From assembly GCA_013426795.1 (NCBI GenBank), contig JACDZF010000001.1, forward strand, positions 15,552-79,551: DNA of 64,000 nucleotides, in the 5' to 3' direction. The position numbers were made by a program, and so were the translations under genes. The notes under the pieces are model-generated. The model saw only the letters and a list, made by a program, of their open reading frames with translations. It searched no databases and was not told where the DNA came from. Source of the stretch: Desulfocapsa sp. (GTDB lineage Bacteria > Desulfobacterota > Desulfobulbia > Desulfobulbales > Desulfocapsaceae). Of the stretch, positions 9,801 through 19,363 are shown one piece after another (the first letter of the stretch is position 1; each line of letters begins with the position of its first letter).

Positions 9801-12800
9801 CCGAATACTTCGGGGTTGATCGTTTTATTGGTATCAAGACCGAGACGTTTAATTTTACCGCAGGCAAACCGGCAACGTTTCGTTTTGTTGTCACCGATGG
9901 TAAGGGTATCCCAGTCGAAGGGATACAGGTCAAAATCGATTCTTCCGGCCAGCGGTACATGGCCTACGTGGCCAAAGGGGCCGGCAACTCTTTTGTCACT
10001 CGCCCCCATGTTGAGCAGGGTGTAGCAGAAAATAGCCTGCAATTGTTGTCAGGAAAAACTGCCGGGGATTTTAAAATGGTCTTTAATTCAGTGGGAGAAC
10101 ATTATCTTACCGCTACCATCCAAGATAGCAAAGGCCGAAGCCATTCAACAAAAATGAAGCTTTGGGTTGCTGGGCCTGAATCGATAAGTTGGGGGCAGAA
10201 TAAGAGTGACGCCCTCGATTTCGTCACTCAAAAAACCAACTATACAGTCGGCGAAAAGGCAACAATACTCGTCAAAAATCCCTATCCGAAAGCTAAAGCC
10301 CTGGTGACCGTGGAACGCATGGGCATCGTCAAGAGTTGGGTGGAAACTCTCGACAGCAGTCTCGCGCCAATTTCCTTTACCGTGACCGAAGACATGGTGC
10401 CCAGTTTTGCCTTGTCTGTGGTGGTATTTTCCCCGAGAATTGACACAAAGCAAGTCGATGAATCCTTTGACCTTGGCAAACCCGAATGGCGGATGGGCTA
10501 TGTGCAGATGGAGGCTAAGGGCAAAAAGCATAAATTTGACTTCAAGATCGATACCAATATGGATACCTACCGTCCCGGTCAAGAGGTGCGCGCCAAGATC
10601 CAGGTGACTCCCCGGGACGGCTCAGGTACCGGGCGCAAAGAACTGACCATTGCCGTCCTTGATGAGGCAGTATTCGATCTCATCAAGGACGGCATGACCT
10701 ACTTTGATCCGCAGAAAGGCTTCTACGGGACGCTTGTCGATTCCGTACAAAACTATAATATCCTCCGCAAACTGGTGACCCATGCCCCGGCCGCGCCGAC
10801 CATGAAGGGCGATGATCCGGGCGGGGACGGGGCGATGGCTGATCGGATGCGCTCAGACCTCAAGTCCCTCGCCTACTGGAACCCCGCAATCATCACCGAT
10901 GAAATGGGCAAGGCGGAGATCTCCTTCAAGGCCCCGGACAATCTCACCGGCTGGCGTATTCTTGTGCTCGCTGCCGACCAGAACGACCATCTCGATGTGG
11001 GATTCAAAAACATCAAGGTCAACAGGCTCACCGAAATACAGCCGGCCATGCCGAACCAAGTGGTTGAAGGGGACAGCTTTGTTGCTGCCTTCTCGGTGAT
11101 GAACCGGACGCCTGACAAGCGGAAGATCAAAATAAACATTTCGGCACAGGGGACTTTGACTGACAGCGCCGCCAAGACGGTTGAAGAAGTCGAAGTTGGG
11201 CCGTTTGAACGGAAAGTGGCGAAAATCAAACTTACAGCCGGTAAAATTCCGATGGACCGGAATATCGAAAGCGGTCAGATTACCCTTTCGGTGCAGGCGG
11301 GTGACGCTCTTGACAAGGATGCGCTTACCCATCAACTGGTCGTCAACAAAAGGAAAAACCTCGATGTCGGGGCAAATTACGGCACCACCAGCGAGGCGCA
11401 GGTCGAGGAACCGCTTCTTTTTCCGGAACAGATCCGCAGCGATATGGGCGATGTTACCCTTACCCTCAGTCCGACGCTTATCGGCGACCTGGATGGGGCC
11501 TTTCGTTTTATGAAAAGCTATCCCTATACCTGCTGGGAACAAAAACTGTCGCGGGCGGTAATGGCTGCCAACTACCAGGCGCTGAAGAAATATCTTTCCC
11601 CGGATCTGGTCTGGGACGGCAGCAACGGCACCATTGTCGAGGCCATTGACTCGGCTAAGGATTTTCAGGCACCAAATGGCGGCATGGGCTTTTTCAAGAA
11701 GGACAATGATCGGGTCGATCCCTATCTGTCAGCCTATACCGCCCTCTGCTTCACCATGCTCGAAGACCTGGGTTATAAAACTCCGAAGGCAGTAGAAGAA
11801 AAACTGCATGGCTATTTGCAGGAGATGCTTCGTACCGATGTCATGCCCACCTATTACTCAAAAGGGATGGCCTCCTCGGTGCGGGCGGTCGCCCTTGGCG
11901 CGCTGTCGCGGGCGAAAAAAATCGATGCCGATATGCTGAAACGACACATGGAGCATCTCGACCAGATCGATATGTTCGGCAAATCCCAGATGCTGGAAGC
12001 CGCCATCCGCCTCGGCGAACAGGAGGCTCTTGTCGAAACGATCGCCAATAAGATCCTTGGCAGCAGCAATGAAACCGGCGGACGGGTAGCCTTTAACGAA
12101 AGTCTCGATGACGGCTATAATCGTATCCTTTCATCAACGCCGCGAACCAACTGCGCCGTGCTTTCCAGTCTCCTCCTCCTCGGCGATTCGAAAAAAGGCG
12201 CGGAACAACTGCAAGATCTGCCCTATAAACTGGCACGAACCATAAGGACTATGCGAGGCCAAAAAGATCATTTTGAAAACACCCAGGAAAACCTCTTTTG
12301 CATGAACAGTCTGGTTGATTATTCAAGGCGGTATGAAAAGGTAGAACCGAATATGGAGGTATCGGTAAAATATGATGGCGAGAATCTGGGAACCACCCGC
12401 TTTGTATCCTTCCAGGATAAACCACTGGTCGTCTCCCACCCCATCAACCCATCAGACCCCGGCAAGAGAAAGGTTGTGCTTGTTGAAAAAAAAGGGGAAG
12501 GACGTATCTACTACGCCACCGTTATGCATTATGCCCCACTTGCTGATCAGGAGAAAAGCGTCAATGCCGGTATGCAGATAACGCGGGAGTATTATGTCGA
12601 AGATCGCAATAGCGGAACATGGCGACTGCTAGGCCGGGAAGATAAAATCAAGCGCGGCGATGTCGTGCGGGTCGACCTCTATCTGCACCTGCCGGCTGCC
12701 CGAACCCAGATTGTCGTCGATGATCCCATTCCCGGTGCCCTGGAACCGGTCAACACCGAGCTGGCCACCGCTTCACAGGTCGATGCCGACAAGGCCAAAG

Positions 12801-13069
12801 CCACCTATGCCGGAGGCTCGCTCTGGTTCCAATTCAGGGATTGGGATGAGTACGATTTCTCCTTCTGGAGCTTCAACCACCGCGAGCTTCGCCATGATGC
12901 CGCCCGGTTTTATGCCGAATACCTGCCGCCAGGTAATTACCACCTGGCCTATACGGCCCAGGCGGTGGCCGAAGGCGATTTTGTTACCCAGCCGGTCTTT
13001 GCCGGGGAGATGTACGATGCTGATATTTATGGCAAAGGCGTGAGCGGCAGCCTCCATGTCGATCCGTAA
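6821..13069 (+). CDS. Alpha-2-macroglobulin family protein (thioester type) with N-terminal DUF1311/LprI-like domain
   Basis: The ORF opens at GTG 6791. ATG 6821 is preferred because GGAGG lies 5 nt upstream. Hydrophobic signal/anchor LSVVLLVLLLLLHL. A 4-Cys DUF1311-like module spans about 6926-7201. Thioester motif YPYTCWEQ has CWEQ at 11531-11542. The 3' end overlaps pbpC. Confidence 0.9.
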   Translation: MKLFKNYGLSVVLLVLLLLLHLTGKNSAASLFQASFDCAKASSPIETLICSDETLATLDRELGLLFANARTALDGETDRLALLKEQRAWLKSRLTTCQIPRSGKLEGDVPAMRECLIKEMRKRNEILTESLKKAVPVLQSEAAPYDSVVAGKTDALKISRITPKGDDVDKREQIVFQFNRPVVPIGKMDREASEIPVEITPQAKCQWRWLNRSTLACNLDIDDFLFLATHYKVNVKPGIKDENGMTIGNPVLHEFITARPRVLSSQPYNPLGVIQKLPDWDGPGIPIIDVRFNQQVTSSSVAQSLYIEANGQRYALKVTAPATAHESKVVPVSLDKRNFWINISQTRNDEPVQVLDHEEPARLNWLVKPEKVLPENTEYFLKVEPGLVSAFGPLRGIESRIVAQGWTLPPFSFLGFQCTNNDNQSVFIAVGDSKQKCSVFENVQLVFSAPVYGKQFVISEFLTPPMKNSSDDTDPQKEIDNSGYYYGGINHERGKHYSISLPKVLKNSTLYTVSLQGCLQKNNDTRGCIKDVFERCLPKDVSASFSMDRYRPTFNWSGESSVLEKDLPSDVSLYSANITQATLEGETFTAQGGVTSMSQEIPLLATLDRFERSSFGVKKLLANGSGIVSGEIKFQPEKATMEGSKGFFAQVTPFHVHAKLGEDSGLVWVTDLTTGKPVKGAEVTVFEGSLFGKDDKTKRKDLAAARTNSEGVASIPGHNALTKNSPRRSLSILVSKGHDLAYLPLQSYEFYRYHSGSTSRSTSIATWGMTAEGVYRPGKEVDYKLYVRDMHSDGARLPEIRNYQLEIHDPKGAVVEKKDITLSEFGTYADKYPTGLNGASGRFEIFLRSEKQNIVLHAMDFLVTDYVPASFKVQTTLNQQVYKYQERVAVDTTATLHSGGPFTDASNRYTAILYGKPFRSTYPATEEFWFGSPWCEPYECPEYPHENKEEQLNQEGKASTSFVVDGREIGFGTLEVESAVEDDRGKKIANMAKAEYFGVDRFIGIKTETFNFTAGKPATFRFVVTDGKGIPVEGIQVKIDSSGQRYMAYVAKGAGNSFVTRPHVEQGVAENSLQLLSGKTAGDFKMVFNSVGEHYLTATIQDSKGRSHSTKMKLWVAGPESISWGQNKSDALDFVTQKTNYTVGEKATILVKNPYPKAKALVTVERMGIVKSWVETLDSSLAPISFTVTEDMVPSFALSVVVFSPRIDTKQVDESFDLGKPEWRMGYVQMEAKGKKHKFDFKIDTNMDTYRPGQEVRAKIQVTPRDGSGTGRKELTIAVLDEAVFDLIKDGMTYFDPQKGFYGTLVDSVQNYNILRKLVTHAPAAPTMKGDDPGGDGAMADRMRSDLKSLAYWNPAIITDEMGKAEISFKAPDNLTGWRILVLAADQNDHLDVGFKNIKVNRLTEIQPAMPNQVVEGDSFVAAFSVMNRTPDKRKIKINISAQGTLTDSAAKTVEEVEVGPFERKVAKIKLTAGKIPMDRNIESGQITLSVQAGDALDKDALTHQLVVNKRKNLDVGANYGTTSEAQVEEPLLFPEQIRSDMGDVTLTLSPTLIGDLDGAFRFMKSYPYTCWEQKLSRAVMAANYQALKKYLSPDLVWDGSNGTIVEAIDSAKDFQAPNGGMGFFKKDNDRVDPYLSAYTALCFTMLEDLGYKTPKAVEEKLHGYLQEMLRTDVMPTYYSKGMASSVRAVALGALSRAKKIDADMLKRHMEHLDQIDMFGKSQMLEAAIRLGEQEALVETIANKILGSSNETGGRVAFNESLDDGYNRILSSTPRTNCAVLSSLLLLGDSKKGAEQLQDLPYKLARTIRTMRGQKDHFENTQENLFCMNSLVDYSRRYEKVEPNMEVSVKYDGENLGTTRFVSFQDKPLVVSHPINPSDPGKRKVVLVEKKGEGRIYYATVMHYAPLADQEKSVNAGMQITREYYVEDRNSGTWRLLGREDKIKRGDVVRVDLYLHLPAARTQIVVDDPIPGALEPVNTELATASQVDADKAKATYAGGSLWFQFRDWDEYDFSFWSFNHRELRHDAARFYAEYLPPGNYHLAYTAQAVAEGDFVTQPVFAGEMYDADIYGKGVSGSLHVDP

Positions 13070-15179
13070 AATCGTGTGGAGGTGGCGAGGATGGATCGGT
13101 GCGGCACTTGCCGTGCCGATTCTCCTTGTATTGATTACCATTTTTAATTTAGCCAATGATCTCCCGATTTCACTCGATACCGCAGTTCTTCAGGGGGCCA
13201 TGCCGGTCTTTACCGACCGCTATGGCCTGCCCCTCAGTCGTTCCTATCAAAGTGCCCTCAACCCCCATGACCTTGTCCCCTACCATGACATCCCCGAACG
13301 GCTGATCACTGCATTCATTGCTGCCGAAGACGTACGATTCTTCAAACACCACGGCATCGACTGGCTGGCCAGAATGCATGCCTTGTGGCAAAACATCAAG
13401 GGGCTTGAAAATGTCCGCGGCGCAAGTACCATCACCGAACAGGTCGTCCGTATTCTTCATCCAAGACCGCGAACCTATTGGTCCCGCTGGCTGGAAGGCT
13501 GGGATGCCATGCGCCTTGAACATCGATTCGATAAACATGAACTGCTGGAGTTTTATCTCAACCAAGTGCCTTTTTCCTCCGGTCGTCGCGGTGTCGTCCA
13601 GGCTGCGCGATATTATTTCGGCAGATCGCTTGCCACCCTCAACACCAGGGAAATGCTGGCCCTTGCGATAATGGTCCGGGCACCATCCCTCCTGGACCCA
13701 ATCAGAGGAAAAGGCGATCTGGGAAAAAGGATCGACATCCTGGCTGAGCGCATGGTGCGACGAACCACATTATCCGTAGAATCGTATAAAGATGCTACCG
13801 ATGGCGCGCTACAGCTGCACACCTCAGAACTGTCGGTTACCGCTCATCATTTTCTTGCCTATGTGAAAGAGCGGATAAATGGTGGAGCAAGATCGTCTCA
13901 GCCAATCCGCACAACCCTTGACGGAGAACTGCAGCAGAAGGTGCAGGAACTTCTTGAACAAAGACTGCGGGACATCGCTGAATACGGCCTGAAAAACGGT
14001 GGAGTCCTGATAATTGATCACAGCACCGGTGAGGTCCTTACCTGGGCTGTGGCCGGAAATATTGACGACAAAAACACCGGCTACGATCATGACGCGATCA
14101 GGACGGCACGCCAGCCCGGTTCGACCCTGAAGCCCTTTGTTTATGCTCTGGCTTTAGACAAAGGCTGGACCACCGAAACCACCATAAAAGACGAACCGCT
14201 CGCTGAACAGGTTGAGCACGGCCTGCACATTTATCGAAATTTTAGCCAGGTCTATTATGGCGAGGTGAGTATGGCCGTCGCCTTGGGCAATTCCTTGAAC
14301 ACCCCGGCGGTCAGGACTCTTAACTTTGTCGGCCTGGACAACTTTCTAAGAACCCTTCAAGATTCAGGGATGACCTGCCTAACGAGGGGCATGGAAATAT
14401 ATGGTAACGGTCTTGTCCTCGGCAATGCTGAGATCTCGCTGCTGGAGCTCGTTCAAGCCTATGGCGCCCTGGCCCAAGGGGGAATTCCCCTGACACCTTC
14501 AGTATTACTTGACGAAGGCACTCCCAATAAAGATATCGGCCAGCACCTTTTTTCCGAGCAGGCGGCAAACACCATCGGAATGATCCTTTCTGAGGATGCC
14601 TATCGACAGTTGGAGTTTGGCAAGCACAGCGTTCTCAGCTTCCCGGAACGTACAGCAGTAAAAACAGGAACCTCAGCAAAGGCCAATGATGTATGGACGG
14701 TGGCCTATAACGGTCGTTATCTGATCGGTATCTGGTTTGGCAACATGGACAGAACGCCTCCGAAAAAACAGGTCACTGGTGCGGGAGGGCCAGCATTGCT
14801 GGCACGCAGCGTTTTCAGAGAAGTTAGCAAGCGTTACGGATATTATCCTATGCCGAAAATTGATCTTGTTCTTGTTCAGGAAGAGTCGAATTTGCCTTCG
14901 GCGCGGGAGGCTATAAGAATGATAATTCCCACCGAAGACATGGAAATTCTCTTTGATCCACGAATTCCCAACAATTCTCAAGTCATTCCTTTTACTCTCT
15001 CCGGCGTGACTCAAGATGATAAAGTCGAGTGGGATATCGACAATCAAAACTACCTGTCGCCAGTTCATGACAAACTCTTATGGCCAGTGACACTTGGGGA
15101 ACATACCGTTTCCGCCAAGGTTAAAAGTGGAGACGGCCGCCTCATTTCACTCCCAGCGCGAAAAATAACTGTTAAGTAA
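13056..15179 (+). CDS. pbpC: Penicillin-binding protein 1C (bifunctional glycosyltransferase/transpeptidase)
   Basis: GT51 motif EDVRFFKHHGID. Transpeptidase motifs STLKP (SxxK), SLN (SxN) and KTGTS (KTG). C-terminal PBP1C-type extension. Overlaps the A2M gene by 14 nt. Confidence 0.9.
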   Translation: MSIRKIVWRWRGWIGAALAVPILLVLITIFNLANDLPISLDTAVLQGAMPVFTDRYGLPLSRSYQSALNPHDLVPYHDIPERLITAFIAAEDVRFFKHHGIDWLARMHALWQNIKGLENVRGASTITEQVVRILHPRPRTYWSRWLEGWDAMRLEHRFDKHELLEFYLNQVPFSSGRRGVVQAARYYFGRSLATLNTREMLALAIMVRAPSLLDPIRGKGDLGKRIDILAERMVRRTTLSVESYKDATDGALQLHTSELSVTAHHFLAYVKERINGGARSSQPIRTTLDGELQQKVQELLEQRLRDIAEYGLKNGGVLIIDHSTGEVLTWAVAGNIDDKNTGYDHDAIRTARQPGSTLKPFVYALALDKGWTTETTIKDEPLAEQVEHGLHIYRNFSQVYYGEVSMAVALGNSLNTPAVRTLNFVGLDNFLRTLQDSGMTCLTRGMEIYGNGLVLGNAEISLLELVQAYGALAQGGIPLTPSVLLDEGTPNKDIGQHLFSEQAANTIGMILSEDAYRQLEFGKHSVLSFPERTAVKTGTSAKANDVWTVAYNGRYLIGIWFGNMDRTPPKKQVTGAGGPALLARSVFREVSKRYGYYPMPKIDLVLVQEESNLPSAREAIRMIIPTEDMEILFDPRIPNNSQVIPFTLSGVTQDDKVEWDIDNQNYLSPVHDKLLWPVTLGEHTVSAKVKSGDGRLISLPARKITVK

Positions 15180-15534
15180 CTCTGCTGTCCATTATTCCTG
15201 AGAATTCTACCGATGATTGCGAGGTGATAACTCGTTGTTTTTTTTTGTGTTTCAAAAAAACACCTTCCAACGAAGAGCCAACCACTCCAATGCATCAAAA
15301 CTACCTCTCCCTGTCAGCCTTAGCAATTTTTTTTGCGCGGCAATCAACAATTGGCATTGAACCAAAGTTGCCAAGATCTATTCAGCTAAAAACGGAAAAT
15401 ATTTACCAAGATTTGACAACAGTAGAGTTATGGTCAAGTCGCTTATTCTGTTCTTTTTTATGAGGATGCTTGATATGGATAAGGGCGTTTGAAGATGGAC
15501 ATGTGATGGTGAAAAAATGGTTTCCTCAGGAAAG

Positions 15535-16869
15535 TCATTGCTGTCTGGATTGCTTTGTGGCGCTCTCCATGTCACTGGGTTCTTCCTGGATGATCCCCAT
15601 GCGCAGATAGATCGGGCGAATCTTCTCCCTGAACCGGGGAAGGCTGCGGGCAAAAACAGCGGCCCCCACCAAACAGCCGATACTGCCCAGAAGCAGGGTG
15701 GCACAGGGGCCGATGCTTCCGGCCAGTGATCCGGCGGCAAGGCTTCCAAAAGGGGCCACGCCCAGAAACGAGACGGTGAAAAAGCTCATCACCCGACCCC
15801 GTTTATCTTCATCAAGGATGGTCTGCAAGAGCGTATTGCAGGAGGCAAACAGGGTCATTCCCCCGAATCCTGCCACCGCCAGTGCCGACATGGAGAGGAT
15901 AAAATTGCGGGAAAGGGCAAAGGTGGCAATTCCCAGGGCGAAGAAAACCGTCGCCATCACAATCATCCGATCCAGCCCAAGAACAGTGTGGCGTGAGGCC
16001 AGATAGAGGGTCCCTGCCAGGGCGCCGCTTCCTGCGGCCCCCATGAGAAAACCGAAGGTATGGGCTCCACCATGCAACACCTCTTTGGCAAAGACGGGCA
16101 CCAGCACGGAATAGGGCATTCCCATAAGGCTGACCAGGGCCAGCAGGAGGAGAATACTTTTAATCGGGCCGAATTCATAGGCATAAACAAATCCCGCGTG
16201 GAGTTCCTCCAGGATGGGGAGTCTGTTCCGCCGCGAAACGGATGCGGGCGCCATGCGCATGGCCGAAAGCGCCAGGATTACAGCCAGATAGCTGGTGGCG
16301 TTGAGGACAAAACAGATGCCTTCCCCGACGGTGGCCACAAGCAGGCCGGCGATGGACGGGCCGATAAGCCTGGCCCCGTTCACCAGCGATGAATTCAAGG
16401 CTATGGCATTGCCCAGATCCTCCCGGTGTTCCACCATCTCAACGACAAAGGATTGGCGGATGGGAATGTCACAGGCGTTGACAATCCCCAGGATCAAACT
16501 CAGGAGGACGATCTGCCAGACCTGGACAACTCCGGTCAGCACCACAAAGGCAAGAATCCCCGCCTGCACCATGGCCAGGGTCTGGGTGGCAAAGAGCAGC
16601 CGCCGCCGATCCCAGCGGTCTGCAAGCACACCGGCAACCGGGGCGATGAACAGGGTCGGAAGCTGACTGAAAAAGCCGATCAAACCGAGGAGCATGGCAG
16701 AGCCGGTCAGGCGATAGACCAGCCAGCTCATGGCAACCTGCTGCATCCAGGTTCCCACCAGAGACACGCCTTGGCCGACGGCAAAAAGACGGTAATTGCG
16801 GGAACGGAGGGCACGCAACAGATGGTGGAGAGGCTGCTTTTGCGCACCAATATGTTCACCGGCAGCCAT
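15535..16869 (-). CDS. MFS transporter (12-TM, EntS/MFS_3-like)
   Basis: Twelve hydrophobic segments and an LADRWDRRRLL loop motif between TM2 and TM3. Confidence 0.8.
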   Translation of the reverse strand: MAAGEHIGAQKQPLHHLLRALRSRNYRLFAVGQGVSLVGTWMQQVAMSWLVYRLTGSAMLLGLIGFFSQLPTLFIAPVAGVLADRWDRRRLLFATQTLAMVQAGILAFVVLTGVVQVWQIVLLSLILGIVNACDIPIRQSFVVEMVEHREDLGNAIALNSSLVNGARLIGPSIAGLLVATVGEGICFVLNATSYLAVILALSAMRMAPASVSRRNRLPILEELHAGFVYAYEFGPIKSILLLLALVSLMGMPYSVLVPVFAKEVLHGGAHTFGFLMGAAGSGALAGTLYLASRHTVLGLDRMIVMATVFFALGIATFALSRNFILSMSALAVAGFGGMTLFASCNTLLQTILDEDKRGRVMSFFTVSFLGVAPFGSLAAGSLAGSIGPCATLLLGSIGCLVGAAVFARSLPRFREKIRPIYLRMGIIQEEPSDMESATKQSRQQ

Positions 16870-17075
16870 TAGAATATTCCTCGAGATCCAGCAAAATCCC
16901 TTGCTTGAAGGTACGCATCATCGTGCTGATTCAACATGAGGCGTTTGATCCAAATTTAAAAAAATCTCTACAGCAGGATGCCCCTGGACAACTCCCGGTT
17001 CTTTCCTGTCACCACCCCGGCAGTGGAGGACGATTCTCTCAATATGCGGCCCGTCTTCCTCGCCAATCCCATCTG

Positions 17076-18611
17076 CTAACCACCATTCTGTAATGCAATG
17101 AATGCCTGCCGTGTCTTCTCAAAGAGGGTTGCCAACTGTTGGGGATAATCAACAGTGTTGGTAAAAAGCTCATTATCGGGCATATTCAGCAAGGAATCAC
17201 ACAGCACTGCCAGGGAGCTGGCGCCAATGTGGACGCAGGAACTCCGAAGTTTGGTCAGTGACATTTTCAATGAAAAACGATTTTTCGCCCCGGCAAACTC
17301 CTCGATTTCCCGCAGTAAGAGAGGGGTTTCAGAGAAAAACATAGCAAGCAATTCCTTGAAAAAATCTTCATCAAGGAGCTTGTATTCATTGATCAAAGGG
17401 GTGTTGAGAAAGGGACAGAGAGAGAAGTCGCTTTTCTTTTTTTCGCTTGGACAGGAGTCGGCTTCACTCCCGGAAACCGTCCCTTGATCCTCCGCCGATA
17501 CGGGAATGCTGAAACAAAAGGTCGTCCCCTGCCCCTCGGAGCTTTCCACCCAAATCTGGCCACCATGGGCGGTGACAATTTTCTGGGCAATCATCAACCC
17601 CAGGCCCGTACTTTTCTCCCCGGCGGTCCCCTTGAGCGCGACGGTTTGGAATGGTTGAAAGATCCTTTGCTGATCCTCAGGGGCAATCCCCTGTCCCTGA
17701 TCACGAACGGAGACGATCAGTTGCCGGTCACGATGGACGATTTCAATATTGACAATGGTCTCACACCGGGAATACTTCACCGCATTGGACAATATATTGT
17801 TGATCACCTGCTCAATCTTTGGCAGATCAATATGCACCCGGGGCAGGTTTTTACTGCGATGATACCTCAGTTCAATCTTTTTCCTTGACGCGAGGACCTG
17901 ATTCAAATCAACAGCCCCTTGAACCAGGGTTTGAATATCGGTCAGCTCCAGATGCAAACCGATATTCCCGGATTCGATCTTTGAGACATCGAGCAAATCA
18001 TTCAACAGGTTCAGCATAAACTGACTGGAGTTCCTTATTTTCAACATCAGGCTTGCACTCTTGTCACTCAGCACATTCTGGGGGTCTTCATGGAGAAACT
18101 CGCTGTACGCCAGAATAATGGCAAGGGGATTTCTCAGGTCATGGGCAGCCATCCCCATAAACTGATTCTTCAACTCATTGAGCCGGGTCAACATCACATT
18201 TTTTTTCTGTAACTCCCGTGACAAGTTGTTGGCATCATTGACTGCCGAGACAAGATTGACGCGAAGATTCTCCACCTCTTCGATGTCCTGCTGGCCAACC
18301 ATCAAAAAGTCATCATCGAGTGGAAAAAATTTAAAATAGAGGGACTGGGGCAAACCGAACTTCGTACTGATATTTAATAATTGAGGCGTGTCGTTGAGGG
18401 CGAATAATTCATCAAGGGAGGGCAGATGACCAAAATTAACCACCACATCAAAGAGATTCCCTTTCTTGATGGTGAATCCGGACCCCACCAATTTTTCAGC
18501 ATACCTGTTTATCGAAAGAATCGTCCCGTGACGATCAAGACGCATGACAAAAACCGATGCATCCTCCATCATGTACTGATATATGATCTCATGGCTCTTT
18601 CTTGGTGACAT
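17076..18611 (-). CDS. PAS-domain sensor histidine kinase with C-terminal HPt-like domain
   Basis: The start is moved to ATG 18611 (MSPRKSHEII), 10 nt after the upstream stop. PAS region, H-box MGMAAHDLRNPL, N/G boxes (NAVKYS, DQGQGI, GLGL) and a C-terminal four-helix HPt-like tail. Confidence 0.85.
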   Translation of the reverse strand: MSPRKSHEIIYQYMMEDASVFVMRLDRHGTILSINRYAEKLVGSGFTIKKGNLFDVVVNFGHLPSLDELFALNDTPQLLNISTKFGLPQSLYFKFFPLDDDFLMVGQQDIEEVENLRVNLVSAVNDANNLSRELQKKNVMLTRLNELKNQFMGMAAHDLRNPLAIILAYSEFLHEDPQNVLSDKSASLMLKIRNSSQFMLNLLNDLLDVSKIESGNIGLHLELTDIQTLVQGAVDLNQVLASRKKIELRYHRSKNLPRVHIDLPKIEQVINNILSNAVKYSRCETIVNIEIVHRDRQLIVSVRDQGQGIAPEDQQRIFQPFQTVALKGTAGEKSTGLGLMIAQKIVTAHGGQIWVESSEGQGTTFCFSIPVSAEDQGTVSGSEADSCPSEKKKSDFSLCPFLNTPLINEYKLLDEDFFKELLAMFFSETPLLLREIEEFAGAKNRFSLKMSLTKLRSSCVHIGASSLAVLCDSLLNMPDNELFTNTVDYPQQLATLFEKTRQAFIALQNGG

Positions 18612-18621
18612 ATCTGGAAAA

Positions 18622-19269
18622 TCAGTAGGTTTTGATAATTTGCGCCAGAGAGTCGATGGACTCGACATACTGGGTTTGCGGGTAATTTTTGACGACCTCC
18701 GTCCCTCCCCATAAAAATCCCTGCCCTCCCACAATTATATCGAGAAGGGGAAAGCTATGGGTTATGCCCTGCAACATTTCATCCATCCCCTTGAGGCTCA
18801 ATTGAAGACTCATGGATAAGGCCACAAGGTCAGGCTTCTTTTCATCAATACTTTTCAAGAGCTCTTGCGTTGGTGTATTGGCTCCGACGAAATACCCGTC
18901 CCAGCCATTGAGTTCAAAAATGTCCGCAACCATTTTCGCCCCAATCTGATGAAATTCCTGGGGAACACAGGCAACGATGGCGCTTTTGCCAACATGGTCG
19001 GCAGCAAACAACAGGGGATAGACCAATTGCAACAGTCCCTCAGTGATGGCCGTTGCCATGTGTTCAGTGGCCACCGAAACCTGGTTCTCCTCCCAGAGTT
19101 TGCCGATCTGGTACATCGATCGTTGAAACAAGTCCAGATAAAGGACTTTCACAGAAACCTTTGCCTCAATCAACCATTGAACCATTCTCGTGCATTCAGC
19201 CTTATTCCCAGACAGAAGGAAGGCCAGATAATCAGCATAAACCGATTCGTTTACCACCATGTTTGTCAC
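18622..19269 (-). CDS. Stand-alone cobalamin (B12)-binding domain protein, CarH/AerR-like module without a DNA-binding domain
   Basis: Helical-bundle N-half with W59-x9-E69-H70 (KLWEENQVSVATEH, 19060-19095). Rossmann-like half with E105-F-H107-Q-I-G110 (18940-18957), matching ExHxxG/DxHxxG. Confidence 0.8.
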   Translation of the reverse strand: MTNMVVNESVYADYLAFLLSGNKAECTRMVQWLIEAKVSVKVLYLDLFQRSMYQIGKLWEENQVSVATEHMATAITEGLLQLVYPLLFAADHVGKSAIVACVPQEFHQIGAKMVADIFELNGWDGYFVGANTPTQELLKSIDEKKPDLVALSMSLQLSLKGMDEMLQGITHSFPLLDIIVGGQGFLWGGTEVVKNYPQTQYVESIDSLAQIIKTY

Positions 19270-19363
19270 CCCGGTCAGGAGTTATAAAGCTGATGGATCC
19301 ATCACAATTTGTTGCGACAGTGTCAGGGATCCAGGATGGAGAGATTGAATTTTCAGGGGCCAT

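Noticed and set aside
18612-18734. N-terminal extension of the histidine-kinase ORF that overlaps the B12-binding gene by 113 nt
   Set aside because: An internal ATG at 18611 gives a 10-nt intergenic gap and removes an Arg/Ser-rich non-conserved extension.
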